Source: Hemiscyllium ocellatum (lineage: Eukaryota). Taken from it: DNA of 64,000 nt. The notes below the pieces were generated by a model that did not search any database, was not told where the DNA came from, and saw only the letters and a program-made list of their open reading frames with translations. The position numbers and the translations under genes were made by a program. This document shows positions 62,930 to 64,000 of this stretch, piece after piece (positions within the stretch are counted from its first letter, which is position 1; each line of letters starts with the position of its first letter). The DNA lies in NCBI RefSeq assembly GCF_020745735.1, contig NC_083423.1:33666001-33730000 (forward strand). Reading direction: 5' to 3'.

Positions 62930-63730
62930 GCATAGAGCCTGGAAACAGGCCTTTCAGCCTAACTTGTCCATGCTGATCAGATTTCCTAAACTGAACTAAT
63001 CCCATTTTGCCTGTATTTGACTCATATCCCTCTAAATCCTTCCTATCCATGTACTGGTCCAAATGAGTTTTTTTCATGGAAGCCCTACAGTGTGGAAATA
63101 GACCCTTTGGCCCAATGAGTCCACACCAACCCTCCAAAGGGTAACCCACCCAGACCCATTCCCTTACATTTACCCCTGACTAATGCACCTAATCTACATA
63201 GTGCTGAACACTATGAGCAATTTAGCATGGCCAATTCATCTAATCTGCACGTCTTTGGATTATGGGAGGAAACTAGAGCACCCGAAGGAAATCCATGCAG
63301 ACACAGGGAGAATATGCAAATTCCACACAGACAATCGCCCAAGGCTGGAATTGAACCCTGGTGCTATGAGGCAGCAGTGGTAACTACTGAGCCATCATGC
63401 TATCTTTTAAATGTTGTAATTGTACCTGCCTCTACCATATCCTCTGGCAGCTTGTTACATATACCTTCTGTGTGAAAAGGTTGCCCCTCATATCCATTTT
63501 AAATTTATTCCCTCTCACCTTAAACCTACGCCCTCTAGATTTGCACTCCCCCACTCTGAGGAAAAAACATAGATAATTCATTCTATCTATGCCCCTTATT
63601 ATTTTATAAACCCCTATAAGGCCATCCCTCAGTCTCCTAAGCTCCAGAGAAAAAAGTCTTAGCCTATGCAGCCTCTTCTTAACCTCCCCAGTTCAATAAT
63701 ATCCTTGTTAATCTTTTTTGCACCCTTAGT
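62930..63730 (-). mobile_element. CR1 3' fragment with a nested HE1 SINE
   Basis: CR1 3' UTR breaks at ~63070 and resumes at ~63403. Confidence 0.8.
63075..63400 (-). mobile_element. HE1 SINE
   Basis: Antisense tail, V-domain and tRNA-like head. Confidence 0.85.
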
Positions 63731-63859
63731 GCAGTAACTTGGGTCTCAGAACATTAGCATCAATCTGTGGTCAGATATTCACTACAGCCATTTTATGTCA
63801 ATGTTTCTTTAATAAAACATTTTAGTCCATGAAAAATCTTAAGCATACCAATCATATTA

Positions 63860-64000
63860 GATTCCCTACAGTATGGAAACAGGCCCTTCGGCCCAACAAG
63901 TCCACACCGACCCTCCAAAGAGTAACCCACCCAGATCCTTTCTCTCTGACTAATGTACCTAACACTATGGGCAATTTAGCCAATTCACCTGGCCTTCACA
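63860..64000 (-). mobile_element. HE1 SINE 3' part (cut by window edge)
   Basis: TTAGATTCCCTACAGTATGGAAACAGGCCCTTCGGCCCAACAAGTCCACACC. Confidence 0.85.

Noticed and set aside
228-63475. The many 60-150 aa ORFs as host genes
   Set aside because: They are frames of SINE/LINE/PLE sequence or AT-rich chance ORFs without recognisable domains

Overview
Eukaryotic, repeat-rich, non-coding DNA, almost certainly from a shark or other elasmobranch (HE1 V-SINEs, HER1/CR1 LINEs, a DeuSINE remnant). No intact host protein-coding ORF was recognised. Every long ORF comes from a retroelement. One candidate host promoter/first exon lies at ~14960-15254 (TATA-like box, ATG CCA G|GTAAGT), followed by a Z-DNA-type (GT)n(GC)n tract. 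The main signal is Penelope-like elements (PLEs). A young, 5'-truncated Neptune-clade copy (32949-35251, RT plus GIY-YIG, one CGA>TGA stop) sits among about ten short PLE-derived insertions from three distinct families. Each family carries its own minimal type I hammerhead ribozyme (CTGANGA...GAAA..NTH), and many insertions are fold-backs with 11-15 bp target-site duplications (TSDs). The best case is 21361-22403: a ~99%-identical tandem array of a 366/367-nt hammerhead-bounded monomer, in both orientations, inside a 14-bp TSD. It looks like a non-LTR retrozyme (putative circular RNA) made by internal deletion of a Neptune element whose 3' UTR is present in the same window. Family names and the boundaries of old repeats are by eye and approximate.
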